Source of the DNA: a candidate division WOR-3 bacterium
GTDB lineage: Bacteria; Hydrothermota; UBA3073; NMUJ01
Assembly (NCBI GenBank): GCA_021158725.1
Contig: JAGGUB010000044.1
Location: 3,722-67,721 of the forward strand
Direction: 5' to 3'
Length of the DNA: 64,000 bases
A program made the translations under genes and the position numbers. Within the stretch, counting starts at the first letter, position 1, and the number at the start of each line of letters is the position of its first letter. Below are positions 8,366-16,713 of this stretch, one piece after another. The notes below the pieces were generated by a model. It had not been told where the DNA came from, did no database searches, and saw only the letters and a list, made by a program, of their open reading frames with translations.

Positions 8366-11014
8366 TTACCATTTTATTCCGATACCTAACTCAATCTGTC
8401 TACCAGGGTCGAACACATATGGGTTTCTCATAGCGTATATCTGTTTCCAACTATAGATTTGACGATATGCTTCATTGGCATCCCCGTATTTGTAAGGTTC
8501 ACCCGTCCATGTGTTGAACCCACACCATAAGTGGGTTACGTTCTGATTGTCCAGTAGGTTCGATACCTCCGTAAAGAGTACTATATCAAGGTTACCGATC
8601 TTAAATCCTTTCTCCATTTTAAGGTCGACCGTACTCGTGTACGGTGCATGTGCAGTATTTTCGTATATCTGTGGATCTTTACCACCAGGTGTATAAGGTA
8701 GGCCCGACCCAAACCTCCACAGTATGCTTATCGACCAATCATCTGGCAACTTCTTACCGAACAACGTCGGGTGTTCACCTTTTGGAGCTTCAAAGTTGGC
8801 TATCATGACGATTGAGTGACGTTGATCCCAATCCAGTGGCCGCTCACGTATCGGTAGGGTCATACCACTCCATACCCTATAGCATTCCATGAATGCACTT
8901 GATGCATAACCGTTAGCCCACTGTAAGGTATACGCTATACTACCTGAGGTGAACCTCGAGTATCGTTTACGTAGATGTATCTCAAGTCCCTTTGCACGTC
9001 CATAACCTTTATTAATCCATACCCATACCGGAGGTTCGCCCGTCTTCACGAGCCCAACATAATCGGATATATCCTTCATGAACAGCTTGAAATCGACAGC
9101 CATATCTCTCGTTATCTTGTGTGAGATACCAACCTCATAAGCTACAGTGACTTCAGGCTTTAGGTTAGGGTTACCTACCCATGTGCCAGTCCATGGATCA
9201 CGATAGAAGTACTGTAACTCAGGTACCTGACTGAAATGCCCATAAGCAAAGTATATAACGGTTTTGTCACTTATAGGGTGTGACATACCCAGCCGTGGAC
9301 TTATCTGTATCCTGTGACGTTTAACTTCAAGCGGTAGCTGGGTGATAGCCTGCCACTGCCTCAGATAATCGGGTTGGGTTACGGTTTCACCCGGTGTGAA
9401 ATAGTCGACCCTCAACCCTACATTCACTATAAGGCCTTCAAATTCCATCTTATCCTGTACGTAGGCAGCACCCTTGATGGGATAGCCCTCAAAACACCAT
9501 CGATATAGCCCATACTCTGGATACGGTCCCGGTACGGTGTCACGCCCAGGGTAACGGAATGAACCAGGGTACTGGATATCGATATAGTTCACATCGTGGT
9601 AGTTAATCTCTATCCCGGATTTTACCAAATGTCGTGGATGTACCTGTGACGTGATGTCATACTTCAACGTATATACGTAAGAGATATCATCCCTATATCG
9701 TGAATCCGCACCTAAGTCACAGAATCCGTCGCCATCGGTATCCCAACCCCATGGGGTTGAAGTGTAGATTGTATCACCTTCTGGGGTTATCTCCACATGC
9801 CAAAATTCCGGCGGTGTATGTAACCACGAATAGTAACGTGTCTTCAAGTAACCCAGATGCAATGTGTAGAATGTCTTAGGTGATACCGTATGGATGAACG
9901 AAAAAGTCGCATGCTCACTAAACCTATGACTTATGGGTAATGAATCCGGCATATCTTTCCAATACCAATCGAACCTACTCCAACGTTCACCCGTCCTCCT
10001 ATATCCGAATGCAAATTTATATGCCTTGGTAGGTTGATATGTAAGTTTGAGGTTTAAACCCGCCTTATTCTCCTGACGTTCGGTGATCTCGAATATACCG
10101 GGTAATATTTCGATCTTCTCTCTTGTACGATGGTTATTGTAATACGTATCGGTAAGCTTGAAATTACTTGAGATAAAGAACCTGAGGTTACCCGGTACAA
10201 TACGATCAAGTATTGGTATGGGACCACCAAATGATACAGCTCCATAGTCTGTGTTGAACGAATATCGCTTAGGTGCAAGGTTATCGCTTTTGTACATCAG
10301 CTCACCCGATAGCTTGGGCCCACCTTCACGTGTCACTATGTTAACCACTGCGGATTGTGCTTGCCCATATTCGGCGTTGAACCCACCCGTAAGCATTTCA
10401 ATCTCCTGTATGGAGATTACATCAAGATCGAACGCTGCCGTACCACCATATATGGGATGCCTTATAGGGATACCATCTACCATATACAGGATTTCGCCAC
10501 TCCTACCACCTCTTATGTGGATTTCCCTACCTCTACCTACAGCACCGGGTTGCAGGGCGACAATATCTTCGAACGACTCCACCTTCGGTGTGGTAGCGAT
10601 CTCCTTCCGTGATACATATCGTACGGAGGCAGTAACATCCGGCTGTATAAGCGGTCGTTCAGCCACCACTGTTATGCCAGGTACTTCAATAGCTGTCGGT
10701 TCGAGTGCGAAATCCACCCTCGTGGTGAGGTCCGTCCTCACAATTATACCTTTAACATCCACTGGCCGATAACCTATACGTTCGGCACGTACAGTGTACT
10801 CACCTGGTGGTACTTTCAGTATGAAATATTCACCATGCTTATCCGTAGCCGCTCCATAAGTGGTACCCGGTATGTACACGTTGACATTTTCCAGCGGCTT
10901 GCCTGTCTCCTTGTCTATCACCCTACCCGCAATTTTACCATAGACACCAGCGAAGAGGAAGGTGGGAATTATTAAGGAGGCGAAAACTATAAACTTGGGA
11001 GTTAATCTATGCAT
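8366..11014 (-). CDS. TonB-dependent receptor with N-terminal carboxypeptidase-regulatory-like domain
   Basis: 882 aa. The N-terminus GKIAGRVIDKETGKPLENVNVYIPGTTYGAATDKHGEYFILKVPPGEYTVRAERIGY is CarboxypepD_reg-like. It is followed by a plug-like region (ALQPGAV...IHIRGGRSGEILYMVDGIPI) and a long barrel ending ...IELGIGIKW. GGGGG SD. Confidence 0.85.
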   Translation of the reverse strand: MHRLTPKFIVFASLIIPTFLFAGVYGKIAGRVIDKETGKPLENVNVYIPGTTYGAATDKHGEYFILKVPPGEYTVRAERIGYRPVDVKGIIVRTDLTTRVDFALEPTAIEVPGITVVAERPLIQPDVTASVRYVSRKEIATTPKVESFEDIVALQPGAVGRGREIHIRGGRSGEILYMVDGIPIRHPIYGGTAAFDLDVISIQEIEMLTGGFNAEYGQAQSAVVNIVTREGGPKLSGELMYKSDNLAPKRYSFNTDYGAVSFGGPIPILDRIVPGNLRFFISSNFKLTDTYYNNHRTREKIEILPGIFEITERQENKAGLNLKLTYQPTKAYKFAFGYRRTGERWSRFDWYWKDMPDSLPISHRFSEHATFSFIHTVSPKTFYTLHLGYLKTRYYSWLHTPPEFWHVEITPEGDTIYTSTPWGWDTDGDGFCDLGADSRYRDDISYVYTLKYDITSQVHPRHLVKSGIEINYHDVNYIDIQYPGSFRYPGRDTVPGPYPEYGLYRWCFEGYPIKGAAYVQDKMEFEGLIVNVGLRVDYFTPGETVTQPDYLRQWQAITQLPLEVKRHRIQISPRLGMSHPISDKTVIYFAYGHFSQVPELQYFYRDPWTGTWVGNPNLKPEVTVAYEVGISHKITRDMAVDFKLFMKDISDYVGLVKTGEPPVWVWINKGYGRAKGLEIHLRKRYSRFTSGSIAYTLQWANGYASSAFMECYRVWSGMTLPIRERPLDWDQRHSIVMIANFEAPKGEHPTLFGKKLPDDWSISILWRFGSGLPYTPGGKDPQIYENTAHAPYTSTVDLKMEKGFKIGNLDIVLFTEVSNLLDNQNVTHLWCGFNTWTGEPYKYGDANEAYRQIYSWKQIYAMRNPYVFDPGRQIELGIGIKW

Positions 11015-11040
11015 GGCACCCCCTTTTATTAATGATCGGC

Positions 11041-11115
11041 TGGGGGCAGGGGGTGGATTCGAACCACCGACCTCCGGGTTATGAGCCCGGCGAGCTTCCG
11101 CTGCTCCACCCTGCC
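11041..11115 (-). tRNA. tRNA-Met (CAU), 75 nt, CCA encoded
   Basis: Folded by hand: acceptor GGCAGGG/CCCTGCC, D arm GAGC-AGCGGAA-GCTC, anticodon arm CCGGG-CTCATAA-CCCGG, T arm GGTGG-TTCGAAT-CCACC, 3' C-CCA. The G1:C72 pair argues for elongator rather than initiator. An Ile2 (lysidine) identity cannot be excluded. Confidence 0.85.
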
Positions 11116-11218
11116 GGATTAGATTATGATGTTAAATTAAAATTACCATTTAAATATAGATGTCAAGTCAACGCAACTGTATAGATTGACCTGCTCCCAA
11201 CGCTTTTATTTTTAAGAG

Positions 11219-12469
11219 ATGCTCGATTTAAAGTATCTACGTACGAACTGGGATAAAGTTAAGCATATTGTTGAATTACGGGGCGAATCCGTCGATATCG
11301 ACGAATTAAAGCAGTTAGATCATCAGCGTCGTCAACTTGTAAAAGAGTGTGATACCAAGCGAGCCGAGTTGAACCACCTCACACGTGAGATAGGCAAACT
11401 CAAACGTGAAGGTAGAGACGACCCAAAACTTATCGAGACAGCCCGTCAGCTGTCAGCTGAAATATCTCATCTGGAGGAACGTTTACGTTCGATAGAAGCT
11501 AAATTCATGCACCTACTGTTGTGGATACCCAATATAGTGCATGCATCGGTACCTTTGGATGAACCCAAGATACTACGTGAGGTAGGTAAACCCTTCGAAC
11601 ACAAATTTGATGGCTTAGACCATTTTACATTTGCTGAACAACTCGGTATGATCGATTTCGTTAGAGGTGCCAAAATTGCAGGCTCTAACTTCCCATTGTA
11701 TATAGGATGGGGAGCGCGGCTCGAACGTGCACTCATAAATTACATGCTGGACTTCCATGTTAAGCGTGGCTTTAAGGAAGTATTCACCCCATTTGTAGCT
11801 AACCGCCAAAGTATGATAGGTACAGGCCAGTTACCGAAACTCGAAGATGACATGTATCATATTGAACGTGAGGATTTCTTCCTCAACCCCACTGCTGAGG
11901 TAACAGTAGCCAATCTACATCGTGAAGAGATGCTACCCGAGGAGAAGCTCCCCTTACGTTACGTAGCGTACACTGCATGTTTCCGACGTGAAGCCGGCAG
12001 CTACGGTAGAGGTACACGTGGGCTCAAACGTGTACATCAGTTCAACAAAGTGGAGCTGTTTTCATTCGCACATCCTGAACATTCCTATGAGGAGCTTGAG
12101 TTTCTGCTCAACGAAGCGGAAGAGGTTATCAAGTCGCTCGGCCTCAGGTATCGTGTGGTGCTTCTACCCATACATGAACTGGGGTTTGCGGCTGCAAAAA
12201 CCTACGACATAGAGGTATGGGCACCAGTATCCAGGGAGTGGTTGGAAGTCTCCTCCGTCAGCAACTGTGAAGCATTTCAAGCACGACGTGCTAAGATCAA
12301 GTTTCGTACCAAACACCGTACAGACTATGTGCATACATTGAACGCATCGGGGGTAGCCACCCCACGTACGTTTATAGCGATACTTGAGACCTATCAAAAC
12401 CCAGACGGTAGCCTTACAGTACCAGAAGTGTTACGTCCATATCTGGATGGTAAGAAACGTATACCGTGA
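11219..12469 (+). CDS. serS: Seryl-tRNA synthetase
   Basis: 416 aa. N-terminal coiled-coil arm MLDLKYLRTNWDKVK. Class II motifs FRREAGSYGRGTRGLKRVHQFNKVE and GSGVATPRT-like C-terminus. Confidence 0.95.
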   Translation: MLDLKYLRTNWDKVKHIVELRGESVDIDELKQLDHQRRQLVKECDTKRAELNHLTREIGKLKREGRDDPKLIETARQLSAEISHLEERLRSIEAKFMHLLLWIPNIVHASVPLDEPKILREVGKPFEHKFDGLDHFTFAEQLGMIDFVRGAKIAGSNFPLYIGWGARLERALINYMLDFHVKRGFKEVFTPFVANRQSMIGTGQLPKLEDDMYHIEREDFFLNPTAEVTVANLHREEMLPEEKLPLRYVAYTACFRREAGSYGRGTRGLKRVHQFNKVELFSFAHPEHSYEELEFLLNEAEEVIKSLGLRYRVVLLPIHELGFAAAKTYDIEVWAPVSREWLEVSSVSNCEAFQARRAKIKFRTKHRTDYVHTLNASGVATPRTFIAILETYQNPDGSLTVPEVLRPYLDGKKRIP

Positions 12470-12927
12470 TGCGATTCATTGCAGACTTTATGTTGGGTAA
12501 GCTTGCGAGGATGTTACGATTATTGGGCCAGGACGTGATATATGTGAAGCCAGCCGATCGCAACGGTATGCTCAAAATGGCGTTAGAAGAGGGGCGTGTC
12601 ATCCTCACGCGTAGCCATAAACTGCCACATCATCCATCCATATTCATTATCAAGAGCCAGGATTGGCGTGAACAGCTTGAAGAAGTCAAAAAGGCGTTTC
12701 CACTCGATATTAATCCATTCACCAGATGTTCGATCTGCAACACAAAGTTAGTCGAGGTACCCAAGCCAGAAGTACGTGGCAAGGTACCATATCATGTTTA
12801 TGAAGCACATGACGAGTTTGCTTACTGTCCAGGTTGTGGCCGCTACTACTGGAAAGGTACACATTACGAGAATATCAAGAAAATGTTGGGTATAGAAGAT
12901 GCGAATAACCGAACACCCAATAATTAA
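12469..12927 (+). CDS. Mut7-C RNase domain (DUF82) protein
   Basis: MRFIADFMLGKLARMLRLLGQDVIY plus C-terminal zinc ribbon CSICNTKL...CPGCGRYYWKGTHY. ATG 12469 overlaps the serS stop (TGATG). The track start at 12466 is a GTG one codon earlier. Confidence 0.8.
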   Translation: MRFIADFMLGKLARMLRLLGQDVIYVKPADRNGMLKMALEEGRVILTRSHKLPHHPSIFIIKSQDWREQLEEVKKAFPLDINPFTRCSICNTKLVEVPKPEVRGKVPYHVYEAHDEFAYCPGCGRYYWKGTHYENIKKMLGIEDANNRTPNN

Positions 12928-13210
12928 GTTCAAGCGTGGCAAAAAGGTGACAATATATTTCGAAGGCAAGCCTATCGAAGCATATGAGGGTGAATCCGTA
13001 GCAGCTGCGTTGATAGCAGCTGGCATCTATGTATTCAGATACAGTCCACGACATAAACGTGCACGTGGACTATTTTGTGCGATAGGTAAATGTTCGTCAT
13101 GTTTGATGGAAATAGATGGTAAACCCAACCAGATGGCCTGTATGGTACGTGTACGTGATGGCATGAGGGTTAGACGTCAGAAAGGTAAGGGTGTACTCGA
13201 TGGAGATTGA
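12899..13210 (+). CDS. (2Fe-2S)-binding protein, sarcosine-oxidase-alpha/HcnA N-terminal type
   Basis: 103 aa. The segment IYFEGKPIEAYEGESVAAALIAAG...RGLFCAIGKCSSCLMEIDGKPNQMACMV is typical of Fer2_4-type small subunits. Confidence 0.8.
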   Translation: MRITEHPIIKFKRGKKVTIYFEGKPIEAYEGESVAAALIAAGIYVFRYSPRHKRARGLFCAIGKCSSCLMEIDGKPNQMACMVRVRDGMRVRRQKGKGVLDGD

Positions 13211-14276
13211 TCTACTCGTAGTAGGTGGCGGACCGGCTGGCTTAAGTGCAGCCATCACTGCGGCGGAACTCGATCACTCCGTTATCATCGTAGACGAGAA
13301 CCCCAGGTTAGGTGGCCAGCTTATCAAACAGACACATAAGTTTTTTGGCTCCGAAAGCAACTACTGTGGTATACGTGGGATCGATATCGCAGAAATACTC
13401 GAGAATAAGGTAAACAAACTCGGTATCACCAAGTACCTCGAAAGTACCGTCATCGGTATATACGAAGACGGTGTAGCTATAGCCAGCGAGGAAGATTTAC
13501 GTGTTGTGCACCCCAAAAAGATAATCATAGCGACAGGTGCACGCGAGAACATGCTATCGTTTGTAAACAATGATCTACCCGGTGTATACGGGGCAGGTGC
13601 AGTACAGACGTTGGTCAATGTCTATGGTGTATTACCTGGTAAGCGTGCACTTATGGTGGGTTCAGGTAACATAGGGTTGATCGTGAGCTATCAATTAATG
13701 CAGGCAGGTGTTGAAGTGGTCGCCATACTGGAGGCGCTGGATCACGTAGGTGGCTATGAAGTACATGCAGCTAAAGTGAGACGTTTAGGTATACCGATAC
13801 TTTTGCGACATACAATCAAGTCAGCAATAGGTAACGACAAGGTGGAGGCAGCGGTGATCACTAAATTAGATGAACATTGGCAACCCATCCCAGGTAGTGA
13901 AAGGGAATTGAAGGTGGATTTTATATGCTTAGCGGTTGGATTATCACCTTCATACGAACTGGCAGCACAGGCGGGTGCCAAAATCGTATATATACCGGAG
14001 TTGGGTGGATGGTTACCCTGGCATAAGCCTAACCTCGAAACCTCAGTACCTGGGTTATACGTGGCAGGTGATGCTGCTGGTGTCGAAGAAGCCGTCTCTG
14101 CATTACTTGAAGGCAAGATAGCGGCTGCAGATGCATCCAATAGCATAAAAGAGAATAAATACGCACAGAAGTTAATTGAAACCACCCAGAAAGAGCTACA
14201 GGAGTTCCGTGCAGGTAAGTTTGGCAAAAAGATCGTCGAAGGTAAACGTAAGCTCTATGCGTCGCTACATCTATAG
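13200..14276 (+). CDS. FAD-dependent pyridine-nucleotide-disulfide-family oxidoreductase (HcnB/opine-oxidase-subunit-like)
   Basis: MEIDLLVVGGGPAGLSAA (dinucleotide fold 1), ALMVGSGNIGLIVSYQL (fold 2), YVAGDAAG. I prefer ATG 13200 to the track's GTG 13191. Overlaps the upstream stop. Confidence 0.8.
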   Translation: MEIDLLVVGGGPAGLSAAITAAELDHSVIIVDENPRLGGQLIKQTHKFFGSESNYCGIRGIDIAEILENKVNKLGITKYLESTVIGIYEDGVAIASEEDLRVVHPKKIIIATGARENMLSFVNNDLPGVYGAGAVQTLVNVYGVLPGKRALMVGSGNIGLIVSYQLMQAGVEVVAILEALDHVGGYEVHAAKVRRLGIPILLRHTIKSAIGNDKVEAAVITKLDEHWQPIPGSERELKVDFICLAVGLSPSYELAAQAGAKIVYIPELGGWLPWHKPNLETSVPGLYVAGDAAGVEEAVSALLEGKIAAADASNSIKENKYAQKLIETTQKELQEFRAGKFGKKIVEGKRKLYASLHL

Positions 14277-15183
14277 TGGGCTATTCGTAGCAATTTTAAT
14301 CCTTTTATATTTTGTAAGAACGAAAGAGTTTGAACGTTCCGCATTTTATATGGATACCCTGTGGGAGGTTAAAATTGTATCACATGTGTATCCCAAACGC
14401 GCATTTAACCGAGTTTTCACCGTAATCGCACACATCGACTCAATAGCTAATGTATTCGGTGACGGTGAGCTCGCAAAAATAAACAGTGGCCACCGTATGA
14501 AGGTTTCAAGCGAACTAAAGGAGATGCTGGAGGTTGGCATCAAAATGGGCAAGCTCAGCGGTGGTGCGTTCGATATAACAATATATCCGTTGATGAAGTG
14601 TTGGCATTTCTTTCGCGATCGATATGTACCAACAGATAGCGAAATCTTAGCTGCATTACAGAGGGTGGATTACAGGAAGATAGAATTTCGTCACGACACT
14701 TTGGTACTACCCGAGGGTTATGGTATAGACTTAGGTGGCCTCGCTAAAGGTTATGCAGTTGAATCCGCCATTAAAGTGCTTAAAGATATGGGGGTAAGGA
14801 GAGCCTTGGTAAACGGTGGTGGCGAAATAGGTGTAATCGGAAGCTGGAAAATAGGTATACGACATCCACGTCAACAGGATGAGATCATCGATACATTCAC
14901 ACTTGTTGATGCATATGTGGCTACATCCGGTGATTACGAACGCTATTTTGTCAAAGATGGAAAATATTATCACCATATACTGGATCCGAGGACAGGTTTG
15001 CCAGCCATGGAACTCGTCAGCGTAACAGTTGTCGATACCAGTGGCGTATGGGCGGACGCTATAGCGACCGCAGTATTCGTATTGGGTAAAGACAAAGGCA
15101 AGAAATTACTTCAACAACTTGGTATCACACGTTACTGGATATATACACGTGAGGAATTTCAAACCTCAGAGGCACCCAAATAA
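14257..15183 (+). CDS. apbE: FAD:protein FMN transferase (ApbE family)
   Basis: I moved the start to ATG 14257 (MRRYIYSGLFVAILILLYF, membrane anchor). The track start 14176 lies inside the upstream CDS. Motifs FDITIYPLM, GIDLGGLAKGYAVE, TSGDYERYF, HHILDPRTG. Confidence 0.85.
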   Translation: MRRYIYSGLFVAILILLYFVRTKEFERSAFYMDTLWEVKIVSHVYPKRAFNRVFTVIAHIDSIANVFGDGELAKINSGHRMKVSSELKEMLEVGIKMGKLSGGAFDITIYPLMKCWHFFRDRYVPTDSEILAALQRVDYRKIEFRHDTLVLPEGYGIDLGGLAKGYAVESAIKVLKDMGVRRALVNGGGEIGVIGSWKIGIRHPRQQDEIIDTFTLVDAYVATSGDYERYFVKDGKYYHHILDPRTGLPAMELVSVTVVDTSGVWADAIATAVFVLGKDKGKKLLQQLGITRYWIYTREEFQTSEAPK

Positions 15184-15188
15184 CAGCA

Positions 15189-16376
15189 TCAGCCGACGAA
15201 CATATCTATTACACGCATAAGTGTACCACTTACTAAAGGGACGGTGAAGTTGTCATCAACATTAAATGATAGCAATTCAGTAACCGCAGCACCTGTTGCA
15301 CCAACACCCAGCAATAAAGGTGATATGTGTAACGTATTATAAAGTATATATGCACAGATGAGAGCACCACCCCAATATGCAAGTGTACCTTCCAAGGTTT
15401 TACCCCTTATTTTGTGACGTCCAAACATAAGCCCAAACAGCTTACCGAAGATATCACCAAATATGAGGTAAGTGAACGCAGCCACAGCTATGGGTTTAGG
15501 AAACACCAACAGTGTAATGAAGCCTGCCACAAGGAAGACGGTCATCGATGAAAACTTACGATACTCAGTACGCTTAAAAAGCAACTTAATACGTTCACTT
15601 AAGAACATGCTGGTACGTCGATGTACGAACCGCACAATATCCATTAGGATGAAAAATATTGCTACACAACCGATAAGCTGTAGTGCCATATGCTGCGTGT
15701 TACGCAGATAGATCACTATAAAAGTGAGTGCACCTGGTCGTGCAGCTACACGCCACCAGTGACGTTTGAGGGTTTCATCGGTTATTTTCACCAACCCACG
15801 CTTAACAGTATTATACACCCCAACCGCTATTATATAAGCGATAACGGTAAGAAGGAACGGATTATGTGGATCATGTTGTGCATGTGAAAACAGCATATAA
15901 CAGAGTAGTGGTAAAACTATCATACTGACGAGTTCACCCTGTCGTGTGATGTAAGTGAAAATTGCAACCACAACGAATAGGAAACCCAACTCATACAGGG
16001 ATAATACACCGCTTGTTAGGTAATGCACAAGATAATACAACATTATACCGGTAGCACAGGCAACACTCTGACCACCACGGAACCCAAGGTAAAACGGTAA
16101 CACATGTCCCGCTATAGCAGCTAACCCACTAAGTTGTGCACAGACGAAGTTAGCTGTCAACCGCTGGCCGATGAGTATAGCCAACACCCCTTTGGATGCA
16201 TCGTATATCGCAGTTGGTATAGCAGGTATTAAACCCAGCGTATGGTAAACATTGACCGTACCCGCATTACCCGTACCTACACGACGTATGTCAAGATGAT
16301 ACAATCGTCCAAAGAAATACGCAGGTAGTATCGAACCCATAAGGTAACCTACAACTATGGAGATAACGTACACCAT
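15189..16376 (-). CDS. plsY: Fusion protein: glycerol-3-phosphate acyltransferase PlsY + CTP-transferase-1 family (CdsA/dolichol-phytol kinase-like) domain
   Basis: 395 aa. The N-terminal half has GSILPAYFFGRL...DIRRVGTGNAGTVNVYHTLG...DASKG (PlsY). The C-terminal half has ...FGDIFGKLFGLMFGRHKIRGKTLEGTLAYWGGAL (G-D-x-x-[AG]-x-x-x-G...K-T-x-EG signature of the CdsA/DolK family). Confidence 0.75.
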   Translation of the reverse strand: MVYVISIVVGYLMGSILPAYFFGRLYHLDIRRVGTGNAGTVNVYHTLGLIPAIPTAIYDASKGVLAILIGQRLTANFVCAQLSGLAAIAGHVLPFYLGFRGGQSVACATGIMLYYLVHYLTSGVLSLYELGFLFVVVAIFTYITRQGELVSMIVLPLLCYMLFSHAQHDPHNPFLLTVIAYIIAVGVYNTVKRGLVKITDETLKRHWWRVAARPGALTFIVIYLRNTQHMALQLIGCVAIFFILMDIVRFVHRRTSMFLSERIKLLFKRTEYRKFSSMTVFLVAGFITLLVFPKPIAVAAFTYLIFGDIFGKLFGLMFGRHKIRGKTLEGTLAYWGGALICAYILYNTLHISPLLLGVGATGAAVTELLSFNVDDNFTVPLVSGTLMRVIDMFVG

Positions 16377-16440
16377 GCGTATATAATCTATGCGAACCTG
16401 AGATTAAGTCAAAACCATTGATGAAGCGTTCCACCACCTA

Positions 16441-16470
16441 TTGACAACCTGTAGTTCGTTGTATCATAAT
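16441..16470 (+). promoter_or_regulatory. Sigma70-type promoter of the tRNA(-mutL) transcription unit
   Basis: TTGACA (16441-16446), 18-nt spacer, CATAAT (16465-16470). The first tRNA nucleotide (16477) is 7 nt downstream of the -10. Confidence 0.5.
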
Positions 16471-16476
16471 AATTAA

Positions 16477-16548
16477 GCTGGTGTAGCTCAGTGGTAGAGC
16501 AGGTGATTTGTAATCACCAGGTCGGGGGTTCGAATCCCTCCACCAGCT
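16477..16548 (+). tRNA. tRNA-Thr (UGU), no encoded CCA
   Basis: Hand fold: GCTGGTG/CACCAGC acceptor, GCTC-AGTGGTA-GAGC, GGTGA-TTTGTAA-TCACC, GGGGG-TTCGAAT-CCCTC, discriminator T. Confidence 0.9.
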
Positions 16549-16550
16549 TT

Positions 16551-16633
16551 GGGCGGGTACCCAAGTGGCCAAAGGGGGCAGACTGTAAATCTGCTGGCGT
16601 AAGCCTTCGGGGGTTCGAATCCTCCCCCGCCCA
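16551..16633 (+). tRNA. tRNA-Tyr (GUA), long variable arm, no encoded CCA
   Basis: GGGCGGG/CCCGCCC acceptor, anticodon arm GCAGA-CTGTAAA-TCTGC, variable arm TGGCGTAAGCCTTC, T arm GGGGG-TTCGAAT-CCTCC. Aligns position by position with the E. coli tRNA-Tyr layout. Confidence 0.9.
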
Positions 16634-16634
16634 T

Positions 16635-16708
16635 GCGGGAGTAGCTCAGCTTGGTAGAGCAGCGGCCTTCCAAGCCGCTGGTCGCGGGTTCGAGTCCCGT
16701 CTCCCGCT
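16635..16708 (+). tRNA. tRNA-Gly (UCC), no encoded CCA
   Basis: GCGGGAG/CTCCCGC acceptor, GCGGC-CTTCCAA-GCCGC, GCGGG-TTCGAGT-CCCGT, discriminator T. Confidence 0.9.
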
Positions 16709-16713
16709 ATGTT

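Noticed and set aside
10251-10772. 173-aa plus-strand ORF inside the TonB-dependent receptor gene
   Set aside because: It is an antisense shadow ORF. The product is low-complexity and S/P/T/A-rich with no SD, and it is fully nested in a gene with clear receptor motifs. The same reasoning applies to 33644..34315 (+) inside leuC, 13754..14227 (-) inside the FAD oxidoreductase, 24195..24638 (-) inside the nitroreductase, 60970..61338 (-) inside purD, and 17997..18323 (-) inside mutL.
11116-11218. Possible T-box or other leader upstream of serS, and a TTGACC-N15-TATTTT promoter that would make serS nearly leaderless
   Set aside because: At 103 nt the region is too short for a T-box, and I could not find a specifier/antiterminator architecture. 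The promoter match is weak (15-nt spacer, poor -10), so I do not report it as a feature. I also found no convincing promoter there for the minus-strand tRNA-Met.
14176-14256. N-terminal 27-codon extension of ApbE in the track
   Set aside because: It overlaps the conserved C-terminus of the upstream oxidoreductase in another frame and is K/R/S-rich. ATG 14257 gives a normal membrane-anchor N-terminus.
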